Source of the DNA: a virus
DNA: 64,000 nt
Reading direction: 5' to 3' (one strand)
IMG/VR virus record: IMGVR_UViG_3300005337_000002
Shown piece by piece: positions 17,874 through 28,307 of the stretch. A program made the position numbers and the translations under genes. Each line of letters opens with the position of its first letter. The stretch's first letter is position 1. The notes below the pieces were generated by a model. It was not told the DNA's origin. It was given only the letters and a program-made list of their open reading frames with translations, and ran no database searches.

Positions 17874-18068
17874 ATGATTCGCATTGAAACGATCACGTAT
17901 GAAGCCGCCCATGGGCACAAACCCCGGCAATCCCGGCAGTATCGCACTAGTCCCTGGGCCTTCCAGATTGACCTGGACCCGACACCAGTATTCATCACAG
18001 CGTCGTATGCGGACGCGGTGAAACAGGCCAAGACCCGGGCGCAGTACAGTATTACCGTCCTCCCCTAA
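17874..18068 (+). CDS. Small hypothetical protein, first gene of the array
   Basis: AAGGA RBS; MIRIETITYEAAHGHKPR...WAF. Confidence 0.7.
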   Translation: MIRIETITYEAAHGHKPRQSRQYRTSPWAFQIDLDPTPVFITASYADAVKQAKTRAQYSITVLP

Positions 18069-18093
18069 GCGGACACACACAGGAGACAGCGTC

Positions 18094-18246
18094 ATGGCAA
18101 AGTTTGGACATGTGAAGGGGACGAAGAAAGAGACGAAGCGGGCGAGTGACTGGTACCGCCAGATTGAAGAAGCGACGATCCGCCAGGTGGAAGCGCAGTG
18201 GCAGGCCCGGCAGGTACAAGGTAGCACGCAACAGACAAAGGACTGA
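18094..18246 (+). CDS. 50-aa protein, paralog of 61367..61585 (below ORF-track size cutoff)
   Basis: AGGAG RBS; MAKFGHVKGTKKETKRASDWYRQIEEATIRQVE. Confidence 0.7.
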   Translation: MAKFGHVKGTKKETKRASDWYRQIEEATIRQVEAQWQARQVQGSTQQTKD

Positions 18247-18249
18247 GCC

Positions 18250-18660
18250 TTGACACCGACGATCCGAGACCGCGCCAAAAACGGCGGGCAGGGCATGCGA
18301 TGGATTCGCCATGAAAAGCGGTTAGCGTTGTACCTTAGGGACGGATTGGCCTGTGCCTATTGCGGCTATGGCATTGAGGACGGCGCACAGTTGACGCTCG
18401 ACCATCTCCATCCGCATAGTACGGGTGGCAGCAATGACGCCACGAACCTCGTCACCTGCTGCATGCGCTGTAATAGTAGTCGCGGCAATCGGGATTATCG
18501 GCAGTTTGCGGAAGCCGTTGCGGCCTATGTCAATCATGACGTGACCGCTGCGGCGATTCTTGCGCACATTGCGACGACTGTGCAGCGTCCGTTTGATGTG
18601 GCCGCGGCGAAGGCGCTCATTGCCCAGCGCGGCAGTTTTGCACAAGCCTTACACAACTAG
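18250..18660 (+). CDS. HNH endonuclease
   Basis: LRDGLACAYCG...LTLDHL...GGSN...NLVTCCMRCNSSRG. Confidence 0.88.
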   Translation: MTPTIRDRAKNGGQGMRWIRHEKRLALYLRDGLACAYCGYGIEDGAQLTLDHLHPHSTGGSNDATNLVTCCMRCNSSRGNRDYRQFAEAVAAYVNHDVTAAAILAHIATTVQRPFDVAAAKALIAQRGSFAQALHN

Positions 18661-19494
18661 TGGTCTCTTTTATCATGCGTTAACACTTGGAGGATTGATT
18701 CATGATGACGACAACGGGTGCTTTTCGTGTATCGACACATGATCTCGTGCGCACTGAGCGCGCTGAATGGTGTGCAGAGGCCAGTTCTTTACGATTTCCG
18801 GTTGGGCGCTGGCCGATGAAACTGCTCCTCACGGACGTCGAAGGCCCAGATATTCTCTTGCGGCATGTCCGGGCCGAACAGAGCGGGGCCGTGCATCTCT
18901 ATGAGAGTGTTGACACGGCGGCGACGATGATCCTGACCATATTTAATGACTAAGCCTCTTCGAGAAAGGACATAGGTATGCGGATTGAGATCATCTACGG
19001 ACAGTCACTGAACAACGGGGCGAAGGCTGTCCCCTGCATCGATTGTCGCACCGAGGAGCGTTCCATAGTGGATGCCGCCGCGGTCCTCGTGTTTGGCCGG
19101 ACGCGCATCCCGCTCTGCGTCCGACACCTCCTCCTCATGGAACGCAACCTCTGCGTGCAGTTAGCGCGGCTCTGTGGTGATCCATCGACCCAGCGGGCCT
19201 AAGCGTGCGCGGGCAGGTTCACAGGGACCTGTCCAGCCTGAGACAACAGGCACGTTCTCTCCGAGAGCGTGGGCGTCAGGGCTTTGCGTAGAAAGGATGT
19301 TCCGTATGGCGAAGTCTCACGGTATGCATGCCTGTCATCAGCGCTATCGCGTGATTGTGACCCTCGAACATCACGGCTGTTCCTGGCAGGCGAGTTACCT
19401 CAGTGACAGTATCCCTGATGGGGAAGCGATCACGGCGTTGGCGTCCGTGTGGTTTGTCGAAATCTTTGATCGCCAGACGCAGACGTTTGTGGAA

Positions 19495-19799
19495 TAACCC
19501 GCATGCCTTGGGACGAGGATCAGGGCACGCAAGGAAACGCATGAACTATAGTAACGAAATCCAGTGCCTCTTATTACAAGAACTCGGCGAGTTGCCCCAA
19601 GGCCGCTTGCGCAAGAAAGTGATGCAACTCGCGGCTGATCGTGGGGAGACCTTTGACAAGCACGCCTATCTTGGCGCTCTCGATGATCTCATCCACCTTC
19701 GTCGCATCAGGCCAGACGACGGAAACTGGGTGTTACTACGACGAAGCTCGTCATGAGCGCGCCAATCTGACCCTTGCGCCCTGGGATGAGGACCAGGGC
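19495..19799 (+). repeat. Two copies (19495-19526, 19768-19799) of an intergenic T(A/G)ACCC-N4-GCCYTGG-loop-YCAGGGC hairpin
   Basis: Same motif at 63060-63090 and 63269-63296. Confidence 0.7.
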
Positions 19800-19800
19800 G

Positions 19801-19854
19801 GGTGTCTGTGGCTGTGTGGCCACACTGAGGAGTCCATACCAAGGACGAAACACC
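19801..19854 (+). ncRNA. Hammerhead ribozyme, type III
   Basis: GGUGUC^UGUGGC-UGUGUG-GCCACA-CUGAGGA-GUCC-AUACCAA-GGAC-GAAA-CACC: canonical core and three perfect stems; cleavage after C19806. Confidence 0.93.
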
Positions 19855-21533
19855 GAGACCCGCACTGCCTGAGAAAGGACCCGCATGCATCATCCCTTTG
19901 TGGCCGCTACGCTGCTCACCGCGGCGCTCACGGTGGCCGCCGTGCCGCCGGGGCAGACCGCCCCGTTGACTCCGCTTCGCACCAGCCCCTTTGCTGACTT
20001 GTGTACCGCGACCACGTATACCGCAAGCGGCATCATGGCCTGTACCCATATGGTCAATCGCTATCGCCTCACGAAGCAGGGGCACTTCAGCGTCGAATCC
20101 TGTCAGACCGCGCGGGAGGCCCGCACTTGGTTTTTAGAGGCGCTGGACGATCTGGGCTACCGGATCTTTAACGCCGTGAGCGCGGTGGAATGCGCACTCA
20201 TCGGGGAGGCACGCCGCCCATGACCACGCACGACATGGCCCGCTGGTTAGAGCACGATGGCAAGGTCGTCACCATTGATACCTATAGGCATATCTTGAAA
20301 GTGAGCGTCTACGAGGCGATCTACCCCTACACACATATGGTCTGCCGCGTGATGGCCGAACCGCTCGACAAGCAGAGCGCATGGTATCGCGGCATCAAGC
20401 AGCAACTCGGCGATGACTGGTCGACCGATGTGCTGGGGAGCGATGCAGACGTCACCGTGAGTGTGATGCAGCAGGTCGAGTGGTAAAGCAAGCTAGGGGG
20501 AAGGCCGCCCTTCCCTCAGGAGATGTCTATGAATACAGTCATCTGCCCAGAATGTCGCTCAACCAATGTTCACCCTGACGACCCCACTGATCACAATATA
20601 GACTGTCACGATTGCGGTATATGGTGGGAGCCGGATCATCCCACCAATCAACTCGACTCCCCCTATTTTGGCAAGACGTTGCCCTCCAGAGAGGAATGAG
20701 ATCATGGCCGACATGACGGTCGCAACGACGATCCTAGAGCAACTCGGCGGACGGCGTTTTCTCGCCATGACCGGGGCGACGCATCTCGCCGCAGCGGGGA
20801 CTGCCCTCCTCTTTACGCTACCCTCGACGCCGCATTTTGTGTGCAAGGGCATCAATCTTGTGCGCGTGACGTTGACGCCGATGGACACGTATACCGTGGA
20901 GTTTTGGAAGCGCACACGACGAGGCGTCCAGGACGTTGCGCGCTGCGAGGATATTTACGCCGAGAACCTCCAAGAGTGCTTTACCCGCGAAACAGGTTTA
21001 GCGACACGACTGTAACTTTAAAGGAGCATCTCATGGTCCGTAAACCACTTGAGCACAGTATTCGTCCGTGGATAGAAAGCGACTTCGGCCACTCCGGCTT
21101 TTTGCTCACGATCCGTGAACCGTACACCGGCCAGCATGGTCAGGGCTTTTTCCTCGAGGAGGATGCAGCGGTGCGGGCGTGGCAGCACGCGCTGCACCGC
21201 TATAACAGTGGCGAGAATCCCCTCGAATATCTGGACACGCCCTTTGTCGCTCTTCCCTAACGCAGCACGGGCAGGATGGGATCCTGCCCTTCTTTCCTTC
21301 TGAGGAGCACCGCATGCTGTCACCTCTTATCGAGTATGCCCAGCAGTGGCACCGCGATCATGACAACAATTTTGCCCTCGCCTGCGCGGATGAGAACAGC
21401 ATCGAGGAATTAGAGGAGGCGCTCCAGCACGACGCGTACGGGTGCGATATTGCACTGTGGCATCTCGCCGGCGCCGAGGAATGGCGTGCGGGGGTGCAAG
21501 CCGCACTGGCCGAACTCCGCGTCACTGACGCCT

Positions 21534-21607
21534 AAATGCAGAGTGCGCCGGGGGAGCCCGGCGTAATGCAGCTCCTAGCGTAGGGCTGGGACTCGTCACA
21601 AGCCGAG
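21534..21607 (+). ncRNA. Twister ribozyme, P5-type permutation
   Basis: AAAUGCA-GAGU-GCGCCGGG(GGAG)CCCGGCG-U^AA-UGCA-GC-UCCUAG..CUGGGA-CUCG-UCACAAGC-CGAG; T1 AC:GU, T2 GC:GC; cleavage 21564/21565. Confidence 0.9.
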
Positions 21608-22692
21608 ATACGTAGAGAGGAGGTGCCCACGACCTACTAATCTGACACGTTTTAGTAGATGGTTGACATGTCGTTGCTGACACGAGGAGAAGGACGGTGT
21701 GATGGGCAAGAAACGCTATGTGAGTCGCTGCGCCTGTGGCGAAGTCGCCATGCGCTACCGTGAACCGCATCATGGCGGGCTGCATTTTTCGGAGGGCCGC
21801 TGTCCCTCCTGCCAGACTATGCGCGTCTTTCATCTCGTCTTTCCCCCAGACACGCCACGGAATAGAGCGAAGGCGTCACTGTATGAGCGGGGACACCGCA
21901 CTTACTAATCATCAGAAGGAGATGCTGATGGAGGACCAGCTTTCCCTCTTCGGCTCTCCCGCAGAGCCCGAGGGCATTGAGTATGATCGGGACTTCATTC
22001 TCACGAACCCCATTCCTGCCTTCTGTGCACGGGGCGGCTCTTCCCATTGTCGGCAGACGCAACAGCACCAGACCTCTGAGAGGATCCATGCTCCCTCGCT
22101 GCGCAACGTACACTGCTTTTGGTGCTGGGGACCGATGCGCCCGCTCAATCCTGTTACCTATCGTGCGCGACTCGCAACCCTCTGGCAGCATGTCGTGCCT
22201 CAGTCATCCACCTCATAGCGAAGGAGAAGCCTATGCAAACCCTTGTAGGGCATACGTCGAAAACCACGGCGTATGTCTACGATGAGATCGATGCGGTCAC
22301 TGGCGCCCGCCGCCAGCGACGAGCCTGGCTCGAATACAATCCAACCCGGGGCTATCGGATGGTGACCGAGGTCGCCAATCCTCGGAAGCGCGGCGTCCCG
22401 TGGCGCCGCCTGCCGCGTCGAGATGAACCCTACCACGACCTCGCGGTACTGGTTGTCGATGACGCTGGCCACGTGCACCTCAGTGCCTTGGAGGTCCCGC
22501 TCACGAAGAGCATTGTCGAGATTGATGCCTGGGCGACGCTGCATGCCGCTGGATTGCAAGGTGAGCATGATCAACTGCTGCTGGCAGCGTATCGGACGTA
22601 TGCACGCATGCGCGAGGCCCAACAGCAGGCGACCACATCTACTGTCTAGATGGTACAACCCTTTGGGTTGGCATGGATAAGGAGAGCGAACG

Positions 22693-23109
22693 ATGGGCAA
22701 ACGTCTTGAAAGCCTGCTCGACGCCTATACCGCCAAGCGTCAGGAATACGACGCGTTCCAGCTGCACTGTGCCGCGCAGACCGCCGAGATCCTCGCCGCC
22801 ATCCCTGTCGAGTTGCGTGAGGCCTTAGCAAAAGTTGATGCCGCCCGTGACGCTGGGGCACGTCAGTTCCAGGCCGATATTGATGCCCTCGCGGCCACGC
22901 TCAAGTCTGCGGTGGGTGCGGCGGGACATGCCGTCAAAGGGACGGACTACCAGGTCGTCTATAGTCGTGGGCGGGTCAGCTGGGATACGCGGGCGCTGGA
23001 AGGGTACGCCGCTGCGCATGAGGAACTGTATCAGTTTCGCCTGGAAAGCGAACCGACCGTGAGTATTCGCGCCGTTGCGAAGCAACCCCATTATACAGAG
23101 CAGAGGTAG
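22693..23109 (+). CDS. Coiled-coil hypothetical protein
   Basis: AAGGAG RBS; RGRVSWDTRALEGYAAAH...EPTVSIR. Confidence 0.7.
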   Translation: MGKRLESLLDAYTAKRQEYDAFQLHCAAQTAEILAAIPVELREALAKVDAARDAGARQFQADIDALAATLKSAVGAAGHAVKGTDYQVVYSRGRVSWDTRALEGYAAAHEELYQFRLESEPTVSIRAVAKQPHYTEQR

Positions 23110-23115
23110 CGTTGT

Positions 23116-23334
23116 ATGGCAAATAGTCAATGTTTGCGCGGTATGCGCTGCCCGACATGTGGCAGCGTCGAACCGTTTCGTATTGAAGTCATGACGACAG
23201 TGGTTGTTTGGGATGCCGAAACTGAACCCCTCGATCCTCGGGCCACACCTACATGGGACGCTTCGAGTTACTGTAAATGTATGCAGTGCGACATGGAAGG
23301 CTTAGTCTGTGACTTTCGTATCGAGAACACCTAG
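23116..23334 (+). CDS. Zn-ribbon protein
   Basis: CPTCG...CMQC. Confidence 0.7.
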   Translation: MANSQCLRGMRCPTCGSVEPFRIEVMTTVVVWDAETEPLDPRATPTWDASSYCKCMQCDMEGLVCDFRIENT

Positions 23335-23344
23335 GAGACACACT

Positions 23345-23785
23345 ATGGCTGCACGTACCACGTCCCGCCGACGCATGACCCCCGAGCAACAAACCGCCTT
23401 TGAGGCCCGCCGCGACCAGATGCAAACCCTTGCCAAGACCATTGCCGCCATGAGTGGCGCCGACCGGCAGGCCCTGGCAGCGTCGGTGGGCACGATCCTC
23501 ACCTGCGAGCAGCGCCCGCTCAGCCCGCACAATACCTGTATGCTCGCGCACCAGCGCCCGGATGCCACGGTCGTGGGCGGGTTTCAACAATGGAAACGGC
23601 TGGGGCGGGCCGTCCGCAAGGGCGAGAAGGGGAGTTATATCTGGGTGCCGCTGGCCGCGGGTACGCAAGAGCCCGGCCCCGAGGGGGAAGAGGACGCGGC
23701 GACACGGCAGCGTTTTCGCCTCGTGGCCGTGTTCGATGTCAGTCAAACCGACGAAGACACACAGGAGGAGTCCCATGGGGCATGA
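23345..23785 (+). CDS. ArdC-like N-terminal ssDNA-binding domain protein
   Basis: LSPHNTCML.HQRPDATVVGGFQQWKRLGRAVRKGEKG...VFDVSQT; no C-terminal metalloprotease domain. Confidence 0.85.
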   Translation: MAARTTSRRRMTPEQQTAFEARRDQMQTLAKTIAAMSGADRQALAASVGTILTCEQRPLSPHNTCMLAHQRPDATVVGGFQQWKRLGRAVRKGEKGSYIWVPLAAGTQEPGPEGEEDAATRQRFRLVAVFDVSQTDEDTQEESHGA

Positions 23786-25333
23786 CATGACCTTTGACCG
23801 CACGACCGCCGCGAAAGGGCGCAATGGCTGGTTTATCCTTGACCACGGGGATGTCGTGGTCGGGCAGGATGCGAGTTGGCTTGAGTTATGCTCGAAGCGC
23901 GTCGGAAGCGCTGCTCCTATTAGCGTGCGCTTTGCCCATCCGGCAGATATGCACCAGTTGGGCGCAGCGTTGCTCACGGCTGCTGCGCAATGGGGAGCCC
24001 TGCGCAACCCGTCAAGCGCTCCCCAGATGGCGCCGTGCTCGCCTTCTCCCTGTCCGCAATGTGGCGGGAAGGACTTGTGGATCCGCGTCACGCAGCGCGC
24101 CGAGCAGAAAATTACGCTGTATGGCCCTCGTGTCGGGGACTATCGCTACGACGTCAGCCACGAGGATGTGCAGGATACGACCTATCACGCCGCGACCTGT
24201 CGTGCCTGTGCGTATGTCTGGACACTTGAACAGGCATCGCCCTCACAAGGAGATCACTAGATCATGACGCACAAGGAACGCGCCTGGCAGATTCTTGAAG
24301 AGGCCTTGCAGCAGAGTACACAGCCCGACCAGCACCGCCCAGACGATCACGAGGCCCTCTTGGCAACCGTGGTTGAGCAGTACATTGAGGATGAGGGCAT
24401 CAGTCTTTTCGTGACGTACCCAGGACTACATGAGGTGTTAAGTCTCATCTTTGCCGCAGAGATTCAGGAGGAGCGGCAGCGAGAGATGGAAGAAGAAACG
24501 CTAGAGTATATACACACTGAGGAGCATGCCTAATGGCACAGAGCAAGATCACCCTTGACCAAATTACTGAGGCGATTAAGTCCGGTGAATATCTGGGCTT
24601 TTGTCTCGCCTGCGGGGCGATGCAGGATGGTGTCGAGCCGGATGCCCGCCGCTATGTCTGTGATGCCTGTAACGAGCCGCGCGTCTACGGTGCGGAAGAA
24701 TGTTTACTCATGGTGATGGGCTAGGAGGAACGATGTCGCAACCAGACAAGCTCGAACTGACGAGTGAGCCGACATTAACGCTGGAGCAGGATGCCTTACT
24801 GCGGAAACTCTATCGTCGTGGCGGGATCGTCGTATCCGCTGACGATCACCATATTCTGCATGCCCTCGTGCGGGCGGGGTGGGTTGGTAAACGCTCGCCC
24901 GCACGTATGGGACAGCAGGTCACGCACTTCGTCACGCTGAAGGGCGCGCGCTACTGTGCCCAAGGCAGCATAACGATGCGTGCACCACTTCTGGAAATCG
25001 TAGACGCCGCGCATGCGGCCCATCATGATCCGACGCGGCCGTGCGAGCGGGACTGTCCGCTCTGTCAGGTCGAACGGGCTGAGCAGCATGAGGAGTATAG
25101 CTAAGATGCAGTGTGCACACTGTGGAGGACAGACATTTGAGGTCGGTGGTCCGATCACGATTTGGCGGGACCAGACCATTCGATTTACGGATGCTCTCGG
25201 CAATTATACCGTTGAGCATGATGAGCTTGGCGAGACGACGGAGACGCATGATTGGGAGGAGGCGCGCTGTGCAGACTGTGGGCACGCTCTTCCCGTCGGC
25301 ATGCTCTTTGGATCCGCACCGCAGGACAGCTAG
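23775..25333 (+). other. Small hypothetical genes: 23775-24260, 24264-24533, 24533-24724, 24733-25104, 25106-25333
   Basis: Tightly coupled ORFs with RBSs; several CxxC...CxxC ribbons (e.g. GFCLACG...VEPDA...CDAC). Confidence 0.65.
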
Positions 25334-25429
25334 GAGCATGACTTCCTAGCTGTCCGCATATCACGAGTGCCGGACGCTTCTCACACGAGGGGCGTCCGGT
25401 GCCTGGCAAAGCACCAAGGAGTATACCCT

Positions 25430-26371
25430 ATGGCGAAAGCCCGCCAACCGATCCTCCGTCCCGGCGAGCATCATCTTCGTGAAATGGAGCGCCTGCTACG
25501 CCGTCTGGGCGAGCGTCATCAACTCTGGACCGCCTTTGAAGATTTCGTGGCGATGAGTGCGTTCAGCATCAGCAATGCCATTGATCCGCGCGCCTATACC
25601 GAGCGTGAAGCTGCTTATATGCAGATCGTCAAGCGCTATAGTACGGACGAGGTTCAGCAGTTTCCCATGATCTTCAGTCAACTCGTTCTGGCACTAGAGG
25701 CCGAGCCGCAGGATTATCTCGGACGTCTCTTTCACGCGCTGGAGTTACATAACAAGTGGCGGGGGCAATACTTCTCGCCGTGGAGTCTCTGTGTCTGTAT
25801 GGCGCAGATGACCGTGCATGATGCGAAGGAGCTTCTCGCGACCCAGCCGTTTCTCACGGCCTGTGAACCGTGCGCCGGCAGTGGCGCGATGGTCCTTGCA
25901 CTCGCAGAAGCCTTGCGCGACCACGAGATCAATTACCAACAGTATCTCCATGTTACCGCGATTGACATTGATCTTCGCTGCGTGCACATGGCGTACGTGC
26001 AAATGAGCCTGCTCCATATTCCAGGGATCGTCTTGCACGGGGATTCACTGCTGGGAGAGACCTGGAGTACGTGGGCAACCCCCGCGCATATCCTGGGCTT
26101 CTGGGCCGAGAAACTTGCTCATCAGCAACAGATTCCTGCACCAGAGACGTCAGCCGCTCTTCTGCCTGCCCCACTTGATACAACGGGTGAGGTTATCGAG
26201 TCGGTTGACGATATTCCGCTCCCAGTCATGACGACAACTGTTGCCTCAGTCACAGACGAGTTGCTCACCATGATCGCTATGGCGCGCCAGCCTATCCCTT
26301 TCCCTGCTGTCCCAGCGAAGCCATCACCCCCGCCTTCCGTCACAGTTGGAACCCAGCTCACACTGTGGTAG
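25430..26371 (+). CDS. N6-DNA-methylase-like protein (HsdM-like N-terminal half) lacking NPPY
   Basis: GQYFSP, EPCAGSGAM, AIDID, HGDSL; no motif IV follows. Confidence 0.8.
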   Translation: MAKARQPILRPGEHHLREMERLLRRLGERHQLWTAFEDFVAMSAFSISNAIDPRAYTEREAAYMQIVKRYSTDEVQQFPMIFSQLVLALEAEPQDYLGRLFHALELHNKWRGQYFSPWSLCVCMAQMTVHDAKELLATQPFLTACEPCAGSGAMVLALAEALRDHEINYQQYLHVTAIDIDLRCVHMAYVQMSLLHIPGIVLHGDSLLGETWSTWATPAHILGFWAEKLAHQQQIPAPETSAALLPAPLDTTGEVIESVDDIPLPVMTTTVASVTDELLTMIAMARQPIPFPAVPAKPSPPPSVTVGTQLTLW

Positions 26372-26464
26372 AGAATGAGAGGAGCCTAGGGCAAGGTGAA
26401 CGAGTATAACAGCCCAAAACAGAGCTAAGGGGGCGAAGGCTCTCTTGGCTCGAAAGGACTATCT

Positions 26465-27145
26465 ATGCACATCATTCGCCTCAAAAGTGGGGAAGAGGCG
26501 CTTGTAGATGATGAAGATTATCCACGATTGGCCCAATATACATGGTATGCGTCCCCGAGTGGGAAGATCCTCTATGCAAAACGCTATAGAGGGCATACCT
26601 CTATTTTTATGCATCGTGATATTCTGGGACTGGAGGGACCACGGATTGATCATTGGAATCACAATGGTCTGGACAATCAACGTGCCAACCTCCGGCGTTG
26701 TACTCCTGGACAAAATCTACAAAATCAACGCCCGAGTCGTCAGGGGACCTCACAATACAAGGGTGTGACTTGGCATACGCTCCGTCAGAAGTGGCGTGCA
26801 ACCATTCGGATTGACGGTCGTCAAACCCATTTAGGCCTCTATGAAAGTGAAGAAGATGCTGCCCACGTCTATGACGAAGCGGCATGCGAACATTTTGGAG
26901 ACTTTGCCTGTCTCAATTTCCCTGAGAACCGTGTAAATGTTCGCAGTACCCTTCAGCAATATGCAACCTACAAAGGCGTTGAGCACCCACGTCCTGGGCG
27001 CTGGCGCGCGCGTATCCGCGTCAAAGATAAGTTGCTCCATCTTGGAACTTTTGACAGTCCAGAAGATGCGGCACAGGCCTATGATGCTGCAGCCCGCTTT
27101 TATTATGGGGTACGCGCCCGCTGCAATTTTGATCTAGAAAAATAA
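26465..27145 (+). CDS. HNH-AP2 endonuclease with two AP2 domains
   Basis: ALVDDED, MHR, IDHWNHNGLDNQRANLR, and two YKGV...WRA...HLG...AA..YD segments. Confidence 0.92.
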   Translation: MHIIRLKSGEEALVDDEDYPRLAQYTWYASPSGKILYAKRYRGHTSIFMHRDILGLEGPRIDHWNHNGLDNQRANLRRCTPGQNLQNQRPSRQGTSQYKGVTWHTLRQKWRATIRIDGRQTHLGLYESEEDAAHVYDEAACEHFGDFACLNFPENRVNVRSTLQQYATYKGVEHPRPGRWRARIRVKDKLLHLGTFDSPEDAAQAYDAAARFYYGVRARCNFDLEK

Positions 27146-27165
27146 TTCGCACTCGGCTTTCAACC

Positions 27166-27357
27166 CTAGGAGGTGCTTCGTAGCGTTGCGCATATGACCC
27201 CATTGACCCATATTTCGAGCGTGCGCGGCTTATCCTGTGGCCGAATACAAATCTTTACATCCGTCTGCTGGCGGATATTGTTATGGTCATACCACTGCAC
27301 ATGGATCAGGTCTTCCTCGCCTTGGCCACCCGTATGCAGCGTCCATTCACTCGCCAT
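27166..27357 (-). CDS. Hypothetical protein
   Basis: 63-aa ORF convergent on the array. Confidence 0.5.
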   Translation of the reverse strand: MASEWTLHTGGQGEEDLIHVQWYDHNNIRQQTDVKICIRPQDKPRTLEIWVNGVICATLRSTS

Positions 27358-27375
27358 CGCGCGTCTTTCGTCGGT

Positions 27376-27428
27376 CCCAGGGCACAGAGCGGGACTCCCT
27401 CCCCTCTGTGCCCTGGGTCTTTTTTTTT
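27376..27428 (+). terminator. Strong intrinsic terminator
   Basis: 14-bp perfect stem CCCAGGGCACAGAG/CTCTGTGCCCTGGG followed by a T run. Confidence 0.75.
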
Positions 27429-27446
27429 GGCCTGCGTTTTCCCCGT

Positions 27447-27953
27447 TTACCGCAGCACGGGCTCTCCCGCCTCGACGCCCATCGAGGACGCCATGGGGTG
27501 ATCCACATGCAAGATCACCGTCTCGGAAATCGTCTCGACCCCCTCTCCCAGGTCCGCGTCTGCTTCCATCAGCACGACACTATCCAGAAAATCATCCCCA
27601 GGCACAAGATAGGCCGTCACGTCGTCAATCGGCTCAATCGTGCAGGTGCCCTCCAGCACCGTAAACGTCACCGGGCCATCGAGCGTGGCCGGGCGTCCGG
27701 AGGGCGTCACGGGATGCTTGGCACCGACGGGCAATTTATATTCGGAGGTAATGCGAAATTCCATGGACATAGCGGACTCCTTGGCACGCAGCACCGGCAT
27801 GCCCACCACCAGTGGTAAGGCGGGGCGTGGGCGCGGATGTACGTGCAGATGCTCAATATAGACACGCTCAATATGGAGACAGGACGGATCCATGCGTGTG
27901 TTCCTTTTGTCAGCGTTCACGTCTATGGTAGGCTGTTCCGTCGAGTGCCACAA
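27447..27953 (-). CDS. Hypothetical beta-rich protein
   Basis: PVTPSGRPATLDGPVTFTV...EADADLGEGV; start uncertain. Confidence 0.55.
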   Translation of the reverse strand: MWHSTEQPTIDVNADKRNTRMDPSCLHIERVYIEHLHVHPRPRPALPLVVGMPVLRAKESAMSMEFRITSEYKLPVGAKHPVTPSGRPATLDGPVTFTVLEGTCTIEPIDDVTAYLVPGDDFLDSVVLMEADADLGEGVETISETVILHVDHPMASSMGVEAGEPVLR

Positions 27954-28037
27954 GCACCGCCCAAAAAAAGTGGGTGCTCACACTTGTTACCATCACCATA
28001 ATCATGTATGATCATGCGCCAAGGAGGATGCGGCTGG

Positions 28038-28307
28038 ATGGAACCTGACCATGTCGGGAAACAGATTGCCCGGTTACGTACTGCGCAGGGCTGGAGTCAG
28101 CGCGAACTCGCCCGTCGCGCCCAGATTCCGTCCCAAACGCTCTCCTACGTGGAGCGGGGGATGCGGGCCGGCGCGCGCCTCACGGTGCGGACCTTGCACC
28201 GTCTTGCGGTGGCCTTCAATGTCTCGGTGGATGCCTTGCTCAACCGGGAAGATGCTGGCGTGTGGTGGCCCCCCAGCGGTCTGTGCGCGTACTTCACGTC
28301 TCACTGA
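28038..28307 (+). CDS. XRE-family HTH regulator heading the transfer operon
   Basis: VGKQIARLRTAQGWSQRELARRAQIP...LAVAFNVSVDALL. Confidence 0.9.
   Translation: MEPDHVGKQIARLRTAQGWSQRELARRAQIPSQTLSYVERGMRAGARLTVRTLHRLAVAFNVSVDALLNREDAGVWWPPSGLCAYFTSH

Larger units (their letters stand above)
18702..22649 (+). other. Run of small co-oriented hypothetical genes: 18702-18953, 18978-19202, 19306-19497, 19541-19756, 19885-20223, 20220-20486, 20529-20699, 20704-21015, 21033-21260, 21314-21535, 21699-21908, 21928-22218, 22233-22649
   Basis: Most have their own purine-rich RBS. 20704-21015 (VATTILEQLGGRRFLAMTGA) looks like a recurrent phage/plasmid early protein; several carry CxxC pairs. Confidence 0.7.
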
